A stretch of 63,513 nucleotides of DNA from a virus (lineage: Duplodnaviria; Heunggongvirae; Uroviricota; Caudoviricetes): IMG/VR virus record IMGVR_UViG_2585427777_000008, positions 1-63,513 of that record; one strand, 5' to 3'. The position numbers and the translations under genes are program-made. Under the pieces are notes generated by a model. It saw only the letters and a program-made list of their open reading frames with translations, searched no databases and was not told the origin of the DNA. Below are positions 56,301-63,513 of the stretch, piece by piece. The first letter of the stretch is position 1. Every line of letters begins with the position of its first letter.

Positions 56301-57067
56301 AAGCAAGCCAGGTAACTGATATAAGAAACGCTTTACAAAAAAGACCAAAAACTGAACGCGATATGCCTTCAGTGGATCTTCTCTCCGGTGTTTCTTCGGC
56401 AAGTGAGAGTGAAAAAATCTCTGTAAACTCAAGGGAGATTCCAGTTTATGACAATGGATACAAGGTAATTGATGGTGAAGATAAGGGGGTGCTTGGCTCT
56501 TTGTTTGACTCGTCATTAACCGGTCTGAAACGTATTAGCTCTGCTGTGTTACCTGCAATTGGCGATAACGTTTCACAACTTATTGGTGGGGTAGATGGCA
56601 CTGGTATTGTTAATGATTTGGTTTATCAGGCTACTGGACAGAACTCAACAATTGCCAGGGCTATTAGCCCGCTTACCAGGAGCGCCGGTAGTTGGCTGAA
56701 TAATGGTATTCAACAAACCGCAGATAGCATTAGAGGTATATCAAACGAAGCCAATAATGCCATATTTGGCTCTGCGTCAGCCGTGCAAGAACCTTTTCTT
56801 GCTATGCCACCACAGCTTCCTACTGTAACAGATCTCGCACGAAGCGGAATAAGACAACCATTAACTACTGACACTATAAATAACGATCCTGCTATGTTGA
56901 AGGCGCTGGATAACATCTGCTCTATCCTGAACGATCTTCTGAATGTGAACAAGAACAATACAAAAGGCGATCCGGATAAGGTTGTCAAAACATCGCAGCC
57001 GCAACCGCGACCACGTGCTAGCACAACTATTAATGACCCGTCGCTGGATGCTCTGCTTGAGGATTAA
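53324..57067 (+). CDS. large tail protein, tape-measure / Sit-like
   Basis: 1247 aa; Lys-rich low-complexity N-terminal third, Ala/Gly-rich helical middle, and a conserved-looking segment (NNLGNLVFANQEG...TKEGGNP) that may be an enzymatic insert. Lies directly upstream of baseplate genes. Confidence 0.5.
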   Translation: MASTPYVKSPGRKIQSSSQETLITAGKREVILKENKDRIAIIDAIQGASTNELKALAEIKDAILSGASTITQQDERQGRVSNRLSRRRKDYEQSTSDSVRDAQANPYKKRLPAKKERAPINQTVDRSIVATNTPESVRSVQSRQTIRKLDGFIPVAANSAPLEPQSPQSLKGPLRDSNGRFVSQKSNEDVARKKELQNARKADAKLQAGFLRKLGSIMGVDGNQSSSEESLTNAAGVGAGGPLWMAARGMYDITKEITGKAESLKEWVEKGKKETSTSKAISPVITYPAAVNSQKATSAKAFNNAVETKSAQAVEEQTTILQANDNKIIDGLENVSDEIVKLRKSVSSGNKFGLSDLWKNRASRRNKINIGDQTEKNKRNKSKRKGRNLGKKALSVGEKVAAGSAAAGTGVGAAKVVKNKISKPKDVSTISDTSKGIAKETKNTAKAVKSAGVVAEDATIKTGEAIAKKKTESVALKSAAKIGVKSAASTAARAVPIIGSLAMAGYDAIDGYTDTEAQKAAFGLSDDDAVSEQQKTAYATANVLDMGGLVSGATNLIGKGISALGFERAGEKLQNFDTGDIARGVNGAVDITKSVFGSLKDTFLSTDENTKQVKKAVEDGTKKTVDAIHSLGEQLQGGRDGEDGVGEHGYTSPAEFNAPTSNTIAADLNIGGSNAKNRNYRNNNLGNLVFANQEGATLEAPNAKGEQRFARFNTPEEGIRALANQVSSYYNGTSAAAGYQKLQTVSSIISKWAPPKENNTNQYIDNVSKYLGVSPNEKIDVSNPEVMTQLVRAIATKEGGNPAVNNEYIKNALGAFNTNTGRWEGQFSDETLARINKIQKENGGQLIARDSQYSVGRKVKYANGKSPAQPVLNAVPTATQQPIEVAQHAQTVKKPQKTGNQSQPINPENVDVNTGSPSSLLERLIAINDSGVGNLFGGAATSIAGTSLGLIKDFASATSFGSISSLSEKAKGMDQALTEKISSLTGKSFGFQKASQVTDIRNALQKRPKTERDMPSVDLLSGVSSASESEKISVNSREIPVYDNGYKVIDGEDKGVLGSLFDSSLTGLKRISSAVLPAIGDNVSQLIGGVDGTGIVNDLVYQATGQNSTIARAISPLTRSAGSWLNNGIQQTADSIRGISNEANNAIFGSASAVQEPFLAMPPQLPTVTDLARSGIRQPLTTDTINNDPAMLKALDNICSILNDLLNVNKNNTKGDPDKVVKTSQPQPRPRASTTINDPSLDALLED

Positions 57068-57072
57068 TACAG

Positions 57073-57447
57073 ATGCTTTATGAAATAGACGCAAGACTTC
57101 AAACGAATGAGAGCGGTGTCATTATTGCAGAAGGAAGTACCGCAGCATGGATGGCCCGACTTGACGAGTGGCTACGAACCCCTGAAGGGAGTGTTTATGG
57201 TTTACCCTCTTGGGGGAATCCAATGGAAGAATTTAAGCATGAACCATTCGGCTCTGAAACTTCGCACATAGTTGAAGTGGCTATTGAAGGGAGAATGATG
57301 AAAAAACTACGACAAGACTTGCCAGGTTTGGATGTGCAGGGGATTCGTTGCACATCAATTTCTGAAGATTCTTTATTAATTAGTTTTTATGCGAAAGGTG
57401 GGAGCATGGATATTGTTATGCAGAAATCAAGTGGGGTGGGCGCGTGA
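57073..57447 (+). CDS. baseplate wedge protein, gp25/gpW-like
   Basis: 124 aa; pattern WLRTPEGSVYGLPSWGNP...EPFG...IVEVAIEG resembles the gp25/W family; overlaps the next gene. Confidence 0.45.
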   Translation: MLYEIDARLQTNESGVIIAEGSTAAWMARLDEWLRTPEGSVYGLPSWGNPMEEFKHEPFGSETSHIVEVAIEGRMMKKLRQDLPGLDVQGIRCTSISEDSLLISFYAKGGSMDIVMQKSSGVGA

Positions 57448-58874
57448 CGATTACAGAATTACTGGACAAATTTAACGCTAAGTTAAATGAAAACACATGG
57501 TGGTCACGATTTGTAAATAGTCAGTTTGTGCAGATGCACGCTATATTCGGATCACAGCTTATTTATATTGCCCGTACATTTGCAAGCCGCGGCCTCACTG
57601 AGGGACTTATTTCAACGGCTACGCGCCGCTCAAGTATTTTAGCGGTTGCTGAAGACCGTAGCTACGTAGGGCGATTTGTTAGTGCTTCATACGGAACAAC
57701 GTCTATAACCAATAAAACTGATCGGGATATTACGTTACCAGCCGGGGCTGAATTGCTTGCCAATGACCAAACACCTTTGGCAATTATTAACAGCGTTGTA
57801 ATTCCTGCTGGAGGAACTGTTTCTGGCGTAGAAACTAAACAGCATGAAGCTGTTAGCGTTACATTTGATATTGAGAAGGAAACTTTATTTCTGACATTGT
57901 TGCTTTCCAGAGAGTTAACAAAAGAAGTCTCTAGCCTGGATGTTTATGTTATTACAGATGGCGTAGAAGAAAAATGGACATATAACCCATTATTTAGAAT
58001 GTCCAGAGACAAGAGTAAGCACTATTCATTGGCATATAAACCTACAGAACAACTTGGAGTCAAGTTTGGTGATGGTTCTATGGGTATGATGCCTCCAGCA
58101 GGCTGTCAGGTTCGAATCGATGTTATGGCTAGCCTTGGCGACTATACTTTGGCTGAAGGACAAAAGTTAGAACCGGCTGGAAATATCGCTCAATATGTGG
58201 AGTCACTAGAGTTTAAAACTGATTCGATCATTACCGGTGGTAGTGGTATGGAAACTACAGAAGAAACTCGAAATCGTGCTCAGTATTATGTTGCATACGA
58301 TGAACAAGTGGTATGGGGCGGTGATTATCGCCAATTCATTCAGAATGTTGTTCATGGAACTTCATGGTTGAACGTTTGGGGCGAAGCGTTGCAAGAGAAA
58401 ATAACTGGGTTTGACGTTCGAAACATCAACAAGATTTTCTTTTGCGGACATAAGCCAGGTGTAAGCCAGGCTCAGCTAAAATCAGAAATACTGAAAGCTC
58501 TAGAGAATGTTCCAAATGAGTTGAACAAGCGGTTTGAGTATGTAGATACAAATGAACAACCATTTACTATAAAATTTACAGGTATTGCACGTAAAAATGT
58601 TCTGATAGACGACGCTCAAAATGCTATTAAAGCAGCGTTGGAAGATAATTTTGGTCGTGATTCGTCATCATTCAGTTTATTACTACAGAGTGATGATGAT
58701 TCTCAGCAATGTTATGCACAGGTAAAAGTTAAAGATATTTGGCGAGTAATAGAGTCGCTGGATATGTTTCTCTCTTATGACATAAAAATACAAAATATGA
58801 AAGATGCAGTTTACTTTAATGACTTCATTTATCTTGACGTGAAATCTTCAACGTTCAGCATTTCTTACCCGTAA
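57444..58874 (+). CDS. baseplate protein, gpJ/gp6-like (by size and position)
   Basis: 476-aa ORF immediately after the gp25-like gene. Confidence 0.4.
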   Translation: MTITELLDKFNAKLNENTWWSRFVNSQFVQMHAIFGSQLIYIARTFASRGLTEGLISTATRRSSILAVAEDRSYVGRFVSASYGTTSITNKTDRDITLPAGAELLANDQTPLAIINSVVIPAGGTVSGVETKQHEAVSVTFDIEKETLFLTLLLSRELTKEVSSLDVYVITDGVEEKWTYNPLFRMSRDKSKHYSLAYKPTEQLGVKFGDGSMGMMPPAGCQVRIDVMASLGDYTLAEGQKLEPAGNIAQYVESLEFKTDSIITGGSGMETTEETRNRAQYYVAYDEQVVWGGDYRQFIQNVVHGTSWLNVWGEALQEKITGFDVRNINKIFFCGHKPGVSQAQLKSEILKALENVPNELNKRFEYVDTNEQPFTIKFTGIARKNVLIDDAQNAIKAALEDNFGRDSSSFSLLLQSDDDSQQCYAQVKVKDIWRVIESLDMFLSYDIKIQNMKDAVYFNDFIYLDVKSSTFSISYP

Positions 58875-58884
58875 TGAGGTTAGC

Positions 58885-59730
58885 ATGAAAGATAATTGGC
58901 TTAAGGAACGATTAACTAAAGTAAAACAGGATTCACATCTCTGGAGTGCATTTATAGACGCTTTACAGGATGTCTGGAATGAGGCAGTAGAACCAATATT
59001 AACAAGAATAAGTAACAGAAAATCCTTCTTCACTATGGACAGTGAGGACATGGATGCCCGCATTGCTGAATACGGGCGTTTTTTCGTTATCACTGAAAAA
59101 GATAAGGACCGTAGGCCAATGCTGCTGGCGCAACGTTTAGATGAAGTGCACTTTAAAGGCACTATCTTGCCTATTGAGCAGACATTCTGGCGTGAATTCG
59201 GTTGTATTCCTGTTAGTTGGGAACCGCTGTATGCACCTGTAAATATAGAAAAACACCCCTATGGTTCATATTTTGCGACCGAAATAGAAATACCTACGGC
59301 ACAGGCTCAATTCGGTGAGTTCTTCCTGACATCAAGGGGGCTGGTCGTTGTTGATCAGAACAAGCTATATCGCTCATATGGAGAGCAGGATAAAGAAGCC
59401 GCTGTGCAGAAATTGTTATCTGACTTCGAAACAGTAATAGCCCCTTTGTTGCCATTGCATATTGTTTTTGATGGCGTCTCGTTTCGGCTTAGTGCTGTAT
59501 TCCCTGAAGTGGCAGAAATACTAAATTGCTTGTCTACGGATGTTTCGGTAATTGAAGGTGTTTATGTTACTGAGAGTATGGCTGATATGCTATCCCATAG
59601 TGATACCTCCTGCCAGGTAAACAATATTTCTCTTAACGCCATACCGAACAGAACGGCAGAAAAGCAATTACATCTTGATGTAACCCCACTCGATGCGTGG
59701 CCTTTGGATTACCACCTTCAACCTGTTTAA
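58885..59730 (+). CDS. hypothetical baseplate/tail protein
   Basis: 281-aa ORF followed by a GC hairpin (CTTCCCCC-AAATG-CGGGGGAAG). Confidence 0.4.
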   Translation: MKDNWLKERLTKVKQDSHLWSAFIDALQDVWNEAVEPILTRISNRKSFFTMDSEDMDARIAEYGRFFVITEKDKDRRPMLLAQRLDEVHFKGTILPIEQTFWREFGCIPVSWEPLYAPVNIEKHPYGSYFATEIEIPTAQAQFGEFFLTSRGLVVVDQNKLYRSYGEQDKEAAVQKLLSDFETVIAPLLPLHIVFDGVSFRLSAVFPEVAEILNCLSTDVSVIEGVYVTESMADMLSHSDTSCQVNNISLNAIPNRTAEKQLHLDVTPLDAWPLDYHLQPV

Positions 59731-59824
59731 TAATTCTTCCCCCAAATGCGGGGGAAGAACAACGGAAATCACAAACTGAGCATACTCTCCTTTGGTTCAT
59801 TGCTTATGAAGGGGCTATGTTCGT

Positions 59825-60271
59825 ATGGCTGAAAATTTAAAGGCAAGAGATGGTAACCGCCTGTATAAGGCGCAATTGCTTTCCTACTATTATTCACGCC
59901 GCGCTGAGTCGGCGATCGGCAAAGGTGCGCGTTTTGTTATCTCTAAGGCGTATTGGTGCAAATCTAGTCTGGTAACTGCTAATGGTGCAGGAGGCTGGAA
60001 TATAGCGGACATTCCACTCGATTTTAAATTGAGAAACGCTCAGCAGTTTGCTGTGTCCGATCTGATATTGTCCAGTGTGGATGGGATTATCACTATCAAT
60101 GCAGCCTTCCCTCAAGAAAGAATGCCGGATAACACGCCTTACGACTTTAACACGCTTGTGCTTGTTGATGCTGAGGAACAGGCTTTTGCTGTGCTTTGCA
60201 CCCAGCAAGACACCCTCTATAAAGGTAAACGTTACAGTATTCTCATGACAATCGAGCAAGTTGAGGGTTGA
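59825..60271 (+). CDS. hypothetical protein upstream of the tail fiber gene
   Basis: 148-aa ORF; its stop is 2 bp from the tail-fiber start. Confidence 0.4.
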   Translation: MAENLKARDGNRLYKAQLLSYYYSRRAESAIGKGARFVISKAYWCKSSLVTANGAGGWNIADIPLDFKLRNAQQFAVSDLILSSVDGIITINAAFPQERMPDNTPYDFNTLVLVDAEEQAFAVLCTQQDTLYKGKRYSILMTIEQVEG

Positions 60272-60273
60272 TT

Positions 60274-63200
60274 ATGGGTGCTGATAAAACGAACAACATA
60301 ATGACACTATCCTCTGGTGTCTCACAGCCGTTGCTTGCTGATGTTCAATATTTCGAACTCTATAGTAGTTCGGCTCTTAACAGAAAACTTAAAAATATTG
60401 TTTTGCCGGGCTTTTACTGTGGATTTGAACCAGTTCCCGGCGCAGGGTTGAGAGTCCGTATAACTTCTGAAAACTCAGAAGGTAAAGGGGCTGCTTCAGT
60501 AGATGTAAATAATGTTCAGATATCCGTTCAGCAAATAGAAGATGTGACTGTCTCGGTAAAGGCTGGGGCTACCAACATTATTGTGCTAGAAGCCAATTTT
60601 GAACATGGTGTAAAAACGACACAGGTAGAGAGCGCATCTTCTGTCAGTGCTGCAAGAATTTACGCGCGTACGGACAATACTATTGGGCAGAATCAAATTG
60701 AATTATGTCGAGTTATCGTGCCTAACGGCGCAACGGCTGTGACGAAAGAAATGATTGTGCTTAAATACCGGGTTAACCGTGCTGTTGGTGTCGAATTCTC
60801 TAATGAAATAAGCAGTACAGAAGAAAGAAAAGCGGCTACACCTCTGGCTGTCAAAACTCTCCATGATTTGGTTGATACAAAAGCTCCGCTCGATAGTCCA
60901 CATCTGTCAGGTACGCCGACTTCGCCGACACCTGAACCCGGTACAAACAACACACAGATCGCAAATGCGGCCTTTGTTAAGGCAGCTATAACGGCACTTA
61001 TCAACGGTGCACCTGGCACATTGGATACGCTGAAAGAAATAGCGGCTGCGATCAATAACGACCCGAATTTCAGCACAACTATCAACAATGCCCTGGCTCT
61101 CAAAGCGCCTTTGGCAAGCCCGGCGTTCACAGGTACGCCGACAGCACCTACGGCCTCACAAGGCACAAATAGCACGCAGATTGCAAATACAGCCTTTGTT
61201 AAGGCAGCTATAACGGCACTTATCAACGGTGCACCTGGCACATTGGATACGCTGAAAGAAATAGCGGCTGCGATCAATAACGACCCGAATTTCAGCACAA
61301 CTATCAACAATGCCCTGGCTCTCAAAGCGCCTTTGGCAAGCCCGGCGTTCACAGGTACGCCGACAGCACCTACGGCCTCACAAGGCACAAATAGCACGCA
61401 GATTGCAAATACAGCCTTTGTTAAGGCAGCTATAACGGCACTTATCAACGGTGCACCTGGCACATTGGATACGCTGAAAGAAATAGCGGCTGCGATCAAT
61501 AACGACCCGAATTTCAGCACAACTATCAACAATGCTCTGGCCCTTAAAGCGCCTTTAGCAAGTCCTGCATTAACGGGAATACCTACTGCGCCTACCGCTG
61601 CACAGGGTACGAATAACACGCAGATTGCTACGACCGCTTATGTAAGAGCTGCTATCTCTGCATTGGTCGGCTCATCACCTGAAGCTCTTGATACCCTGAA
61701 TGAGCTTGCAGCAGCACTGGGCAATGACCCGAACTTTGCGACAACAATGACAAATGCGCTGGCAGGCAAACAGCCTCTGGATGCAACTTTAACCGCGCTC
61801 GCTGCCCTTGCGACTGGTGCAAACAAACTGCCTTATTTCACTGGTAAGGATACGGTAGCGCAGACTGATTTAACGTCAGTCGGTCGCGATATTCTGGCTA
61901 AAACAAGCACACTGGCCGTTATCCAATACCTTGGTTTAAGAGAACTCGGTACCAGCGGTGAAAAGATCCCCCTGTTGAGTACGGCTAACACATGGAGTGC
62001 GCGCCAGACTTTCAACGGCGGGATCACCGGGGCGCTGACAGGGAACGCCGACACCGCGACGAAATTAAAAACAGCCATAAACATTAATGGCGTCAGGTTC
62101 GATGGTTCGGCTGACATTACGTTGACTCCTAAAGATCTGGACGTTTACAGCAAAAGCGAAATAGACAATAAAAAAGGGATGAGAAAATACACTTTTTCAG
62201 CGCCTGCAAATGCAGTAAGCGGTAAGTGGTATCCTATAGTCTTTCGCCGATCTAGAGGCAGTACCGATGAATTAGCCTCACGAGTTGTGATAACTACTTA
62301 TTCCTCAGCTGGCGGATACGCCATGAATAATTGTGAATTTAATGGTTTTGTTATGCCTGGCGGTTGGTCTGATCGCGGTTCATATGCGGCTGGTTTTTTC
62401 TCAATATATTCTACTGCTGAGCGAGCTATACACTCGATTATTTCAAGTGTGAAAGATGACGATTTGTGTAGTGTGTTTTACGTTGAAGCCAGAGCATTTC
62501 CTATCAAGATATTTGCTGAGGAGGGCTTGAACGTAATTGTTCCAACTACTGACTATACCGTTGGTCAAGCCACCTATAAGTGGGGGGCCACAGATCCAGT
62601 AGCAGAAAGTACAAATACTCAAACCATTCTGGATTTTAAAAATGGACGTGGTTATTACTGCTCACATCAGTTTGTTTCAAGCCTTTCAGGAAATGCAGCA
62701 ACAGCAACGAAATTAGCAAGTTCAATAAACATAGGTGGTGTATCCTTTGATGGTTCAGCCGATATAGATTTGCCTGGTGTTAATGCGACTGGTAATCAGA
62801 ACACCACGGGGAATGCGGCGTCTGCCACGAAATTACAAACGGCAAGAACCATTGGTGGCGTTTCATTTGATGGCTCCGCCAATATCAACCTGCCGGGCGT
62901 GAATATTGCTGGTAGCCAGAACACGACTGGTAATGCTGCAACCGCAACGAAACTTCAGACGGCCCGCACAATAGGCGGCGTGTCATTCGATGGTAGTGCC
63001 AATATCGACCTGCCAGGTGTGAATAAAACAGGTAATCAGAGCACAACCGGTAATGCTGCAACTGCAACAAAACTGCAAACAGCACGCACAATAGGCGGCG
63101 TGTCATTCGATGGCTCCGCCAATATCAACCTGCCGGGTGTAAACATTGCTGGTAACCAGAACACAACCGGTAATGCAGCGACAGCGACCAAGTTACAAAC

Positions 63201-63513
63201 CGCTAGAACTATAAATGGGGTGTCGTTTGACGGTTCTAAAAACATTGAGCTAACTCCAAGGTCTATAGGCACGATCAACTCAGCAACAATGTCTTTTAGT
63301 GGTGGTGCCGGATGGTTCAAGCTGGCAACTGTAACCATGCCACAAGCCAGTTCCGTGGTTTACATAAGCCTGATTGGTGGCGCAGGGTTTAACGTTGGCT
63401 CCCCGCAGCAAGCAGGCATCTCTGAGCTGGTTCTGCGTGCAGGAAATGGGAACCCCAAAGGTATTACTGGTGCATTATGGCGACGGACCTCGGTTGGATT
63501 TACTAATTTTGCA
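60274..63513 (+). CDS. tail fiber protein (3' end beyond the window)
   Basis: Frame open from the ATG at 60274 to the window edge (over 1079 codons), so it is absent from the ORF track. Contains three near-identical 74-aa repeats (APLASPAFTGTPTAP...NFSTTINNALALK) and five 40-aa repeats (GNAATATKLQTARTIGGVSFDGSANI.LPGVN), both typical of tail-fibre shafts. Confidence 0.8.
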   Translation, partial: MGADKTNNIMTLSSGVSQPLLADVQYFELYSSSALNRKLKNIVLPGFYCGFEPVPGAGLRVRITSENSEGKGAASVDVNNVQISVQQIEDVTVSVKAGATNIIVLEANFEHGVKTTQVESASSVSAARIYARTDNTIGQNQIELCRVIVPNGATAVTKEMIVLKYRVNRAVGVEFSNEISSTEERKAATPLAVKTLHDLVDTKAPLDSPHLSGTPTSPTPEPGTNNTQIANAAFVKAAITALINGAPGTLDTLKEIAAAINNDPNFSTTINNALALKAPLASPAFTGTPTAPTASQGTNSTQIANTAFVKAAITALINGAPGTLDTLKEIAAAINNDPNFSTTINNALALKAPLASPAFTGTPTAPTASQGTNSTQIANTAFVKAAITALINGAPGTLDTLKEIAAAINNDPNFSTTINNALALKAPLASPALTGIPTAPTAAQGTNNTQIATTAYVRAAISALVGSSPEALDTLNELAAALGNDPNFATTMTNALAGKQPLDATLTALAALATGANKLPYFTGKDTVAQTDLTSVGRDILAKTSTLAVIQYLGLRELGTSGEKIPLLSTANTWSARQTFNGGITGALTGNADTATKLKTAININGVRFDGSADITLTPKDLDVYSKSEIDNKKGMRKYTFSAPANAVSGKWYPIVFRRSRGSTDELASRVVITTYSSAGGYAMNNCEFNGFVMPGGWSDRGSYAAGFFSIYSTAERAIHSIISSVKDDDLCSVFYVEARAFPIKIFAEEGLNVIVPTTDYTVGQATYKWGATDPVAESTNTQTILDFKNGRGYYCSHQFVSSLSGNAATATKLASSINIGGVSFDGSADIDLPGVNATGNQNTTGNAASATKLQTARTIGGVSFDGSANINLPGVNIAGSQNTTGNAATATKLQTARTIGGVSFDGSANIDLPGVNKTGNQSTTGNAATATKLQTARTIGGVSFDGSANINLPGVNIAGNQNTTGNAATATKLQTARTINGVSFDGSKNIELTPRSIGTINSATMSFSGGAGWFKLATVTMPQASSVVYISLIGGAGFNVGSPQQAGISELVLRAGNGNPKGITGALWRRTSVGFTNFA
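60893..61780. repeat. 222-bp tandem repeat (3 near-identical copies plus 1 divergent) inside the tail fiber gene
   Basis: Identical strings recur at 60971, 61193 and 61415 (period 222 bp = 74 codons). Confidence 0.8.
62691..63290. repeat. 120-bp tandem repeat (about 5 copies) inside the tail fiber gene
   Basis: Period 120 bp = 40 codons, each encoding GNAATATKL...GGVSFDGS...LPGVN. Confidence 0.75.

Noticed and set aside
60893-63290. Tandem direct repeats considered as a possible CRISPR array
   Set aside because: Repeat units are 222 and 120 bp, are contiguous without unique spacers, and are in frame within a coding sequence; no cas genes are nearby.
60693-63338. Several long minus-strand ORFs (for example 60693..61619, 61833..62117, 63036..63338) across the right end of the window
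   Set aside because: They lie antisense to the continuous plus-strand tail-fibre frame and are generated by its tandem repeats; their translations are low-complexity Ala/Val/Gly strings.

Overview
The window is a mosaic P1-family phage-plasmid segment, most likely phage D6 or a close relative, with the end of a Tn3-family transposon at its left edge. The D6 assignment rests on an exact rox recombination site (7560..7591) next to a Cre-like recombinase that fits Dre. Positions 1..1112 are GC-rich and hold the 3' end of a Tn3-family transposase (tnpA) plus its 38-bp terminal inverted repeat. From there the window carries, in order: a tRNA with a CAU anticodon, the PacA/PacB terminase pair, a putative C1-like repressor, rox and Dre, a dUTPase, an ATPase-dead PacB paralog, HumD, a long leftward early operon with lambdoid-type genes (Ea22-like paralogs, a lambda-type phosphatase), a Ref-like HNH protein, an immI-like immunity region (candidate c4 antisense RNA, icd-like, antirepressor), a secreted-protein moron, a HigBA toxin-antitoxin pair, baseplate genes, an rdgC-methyltransferase operon, a full-length glnS cargo gene, two adjacent partition systems (ParFG and ParMR), a PAAR protein, spanins, capsid/sheath/tail genes, an iteron-flanked Rep_3-type replicon, a tape-measure-like giant gene, and a tail-fiber gene with tandem repeats that runs off the right edge. 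A short AT-rich motif (TTTCTAACA / TGTTAGAAA), often as an inverted pair, recurs in intergenic regions and looks like a C1-type operator set. No CRISPR array, rRNA or integrase was seen. All protein calls come from reading the translations by eye for motifs and family resemblance; no database search was run, so the novelty of any locus is unverified. The candidates I would check first are the glnS cargo gene, the c4-like immunity RNA, the dead-terminase paralog pair, the uncharacterised three-gene cluster at 27.2-29.7 kb and the membrane/lipoprotein cluster at 13.3-16.0 kb.
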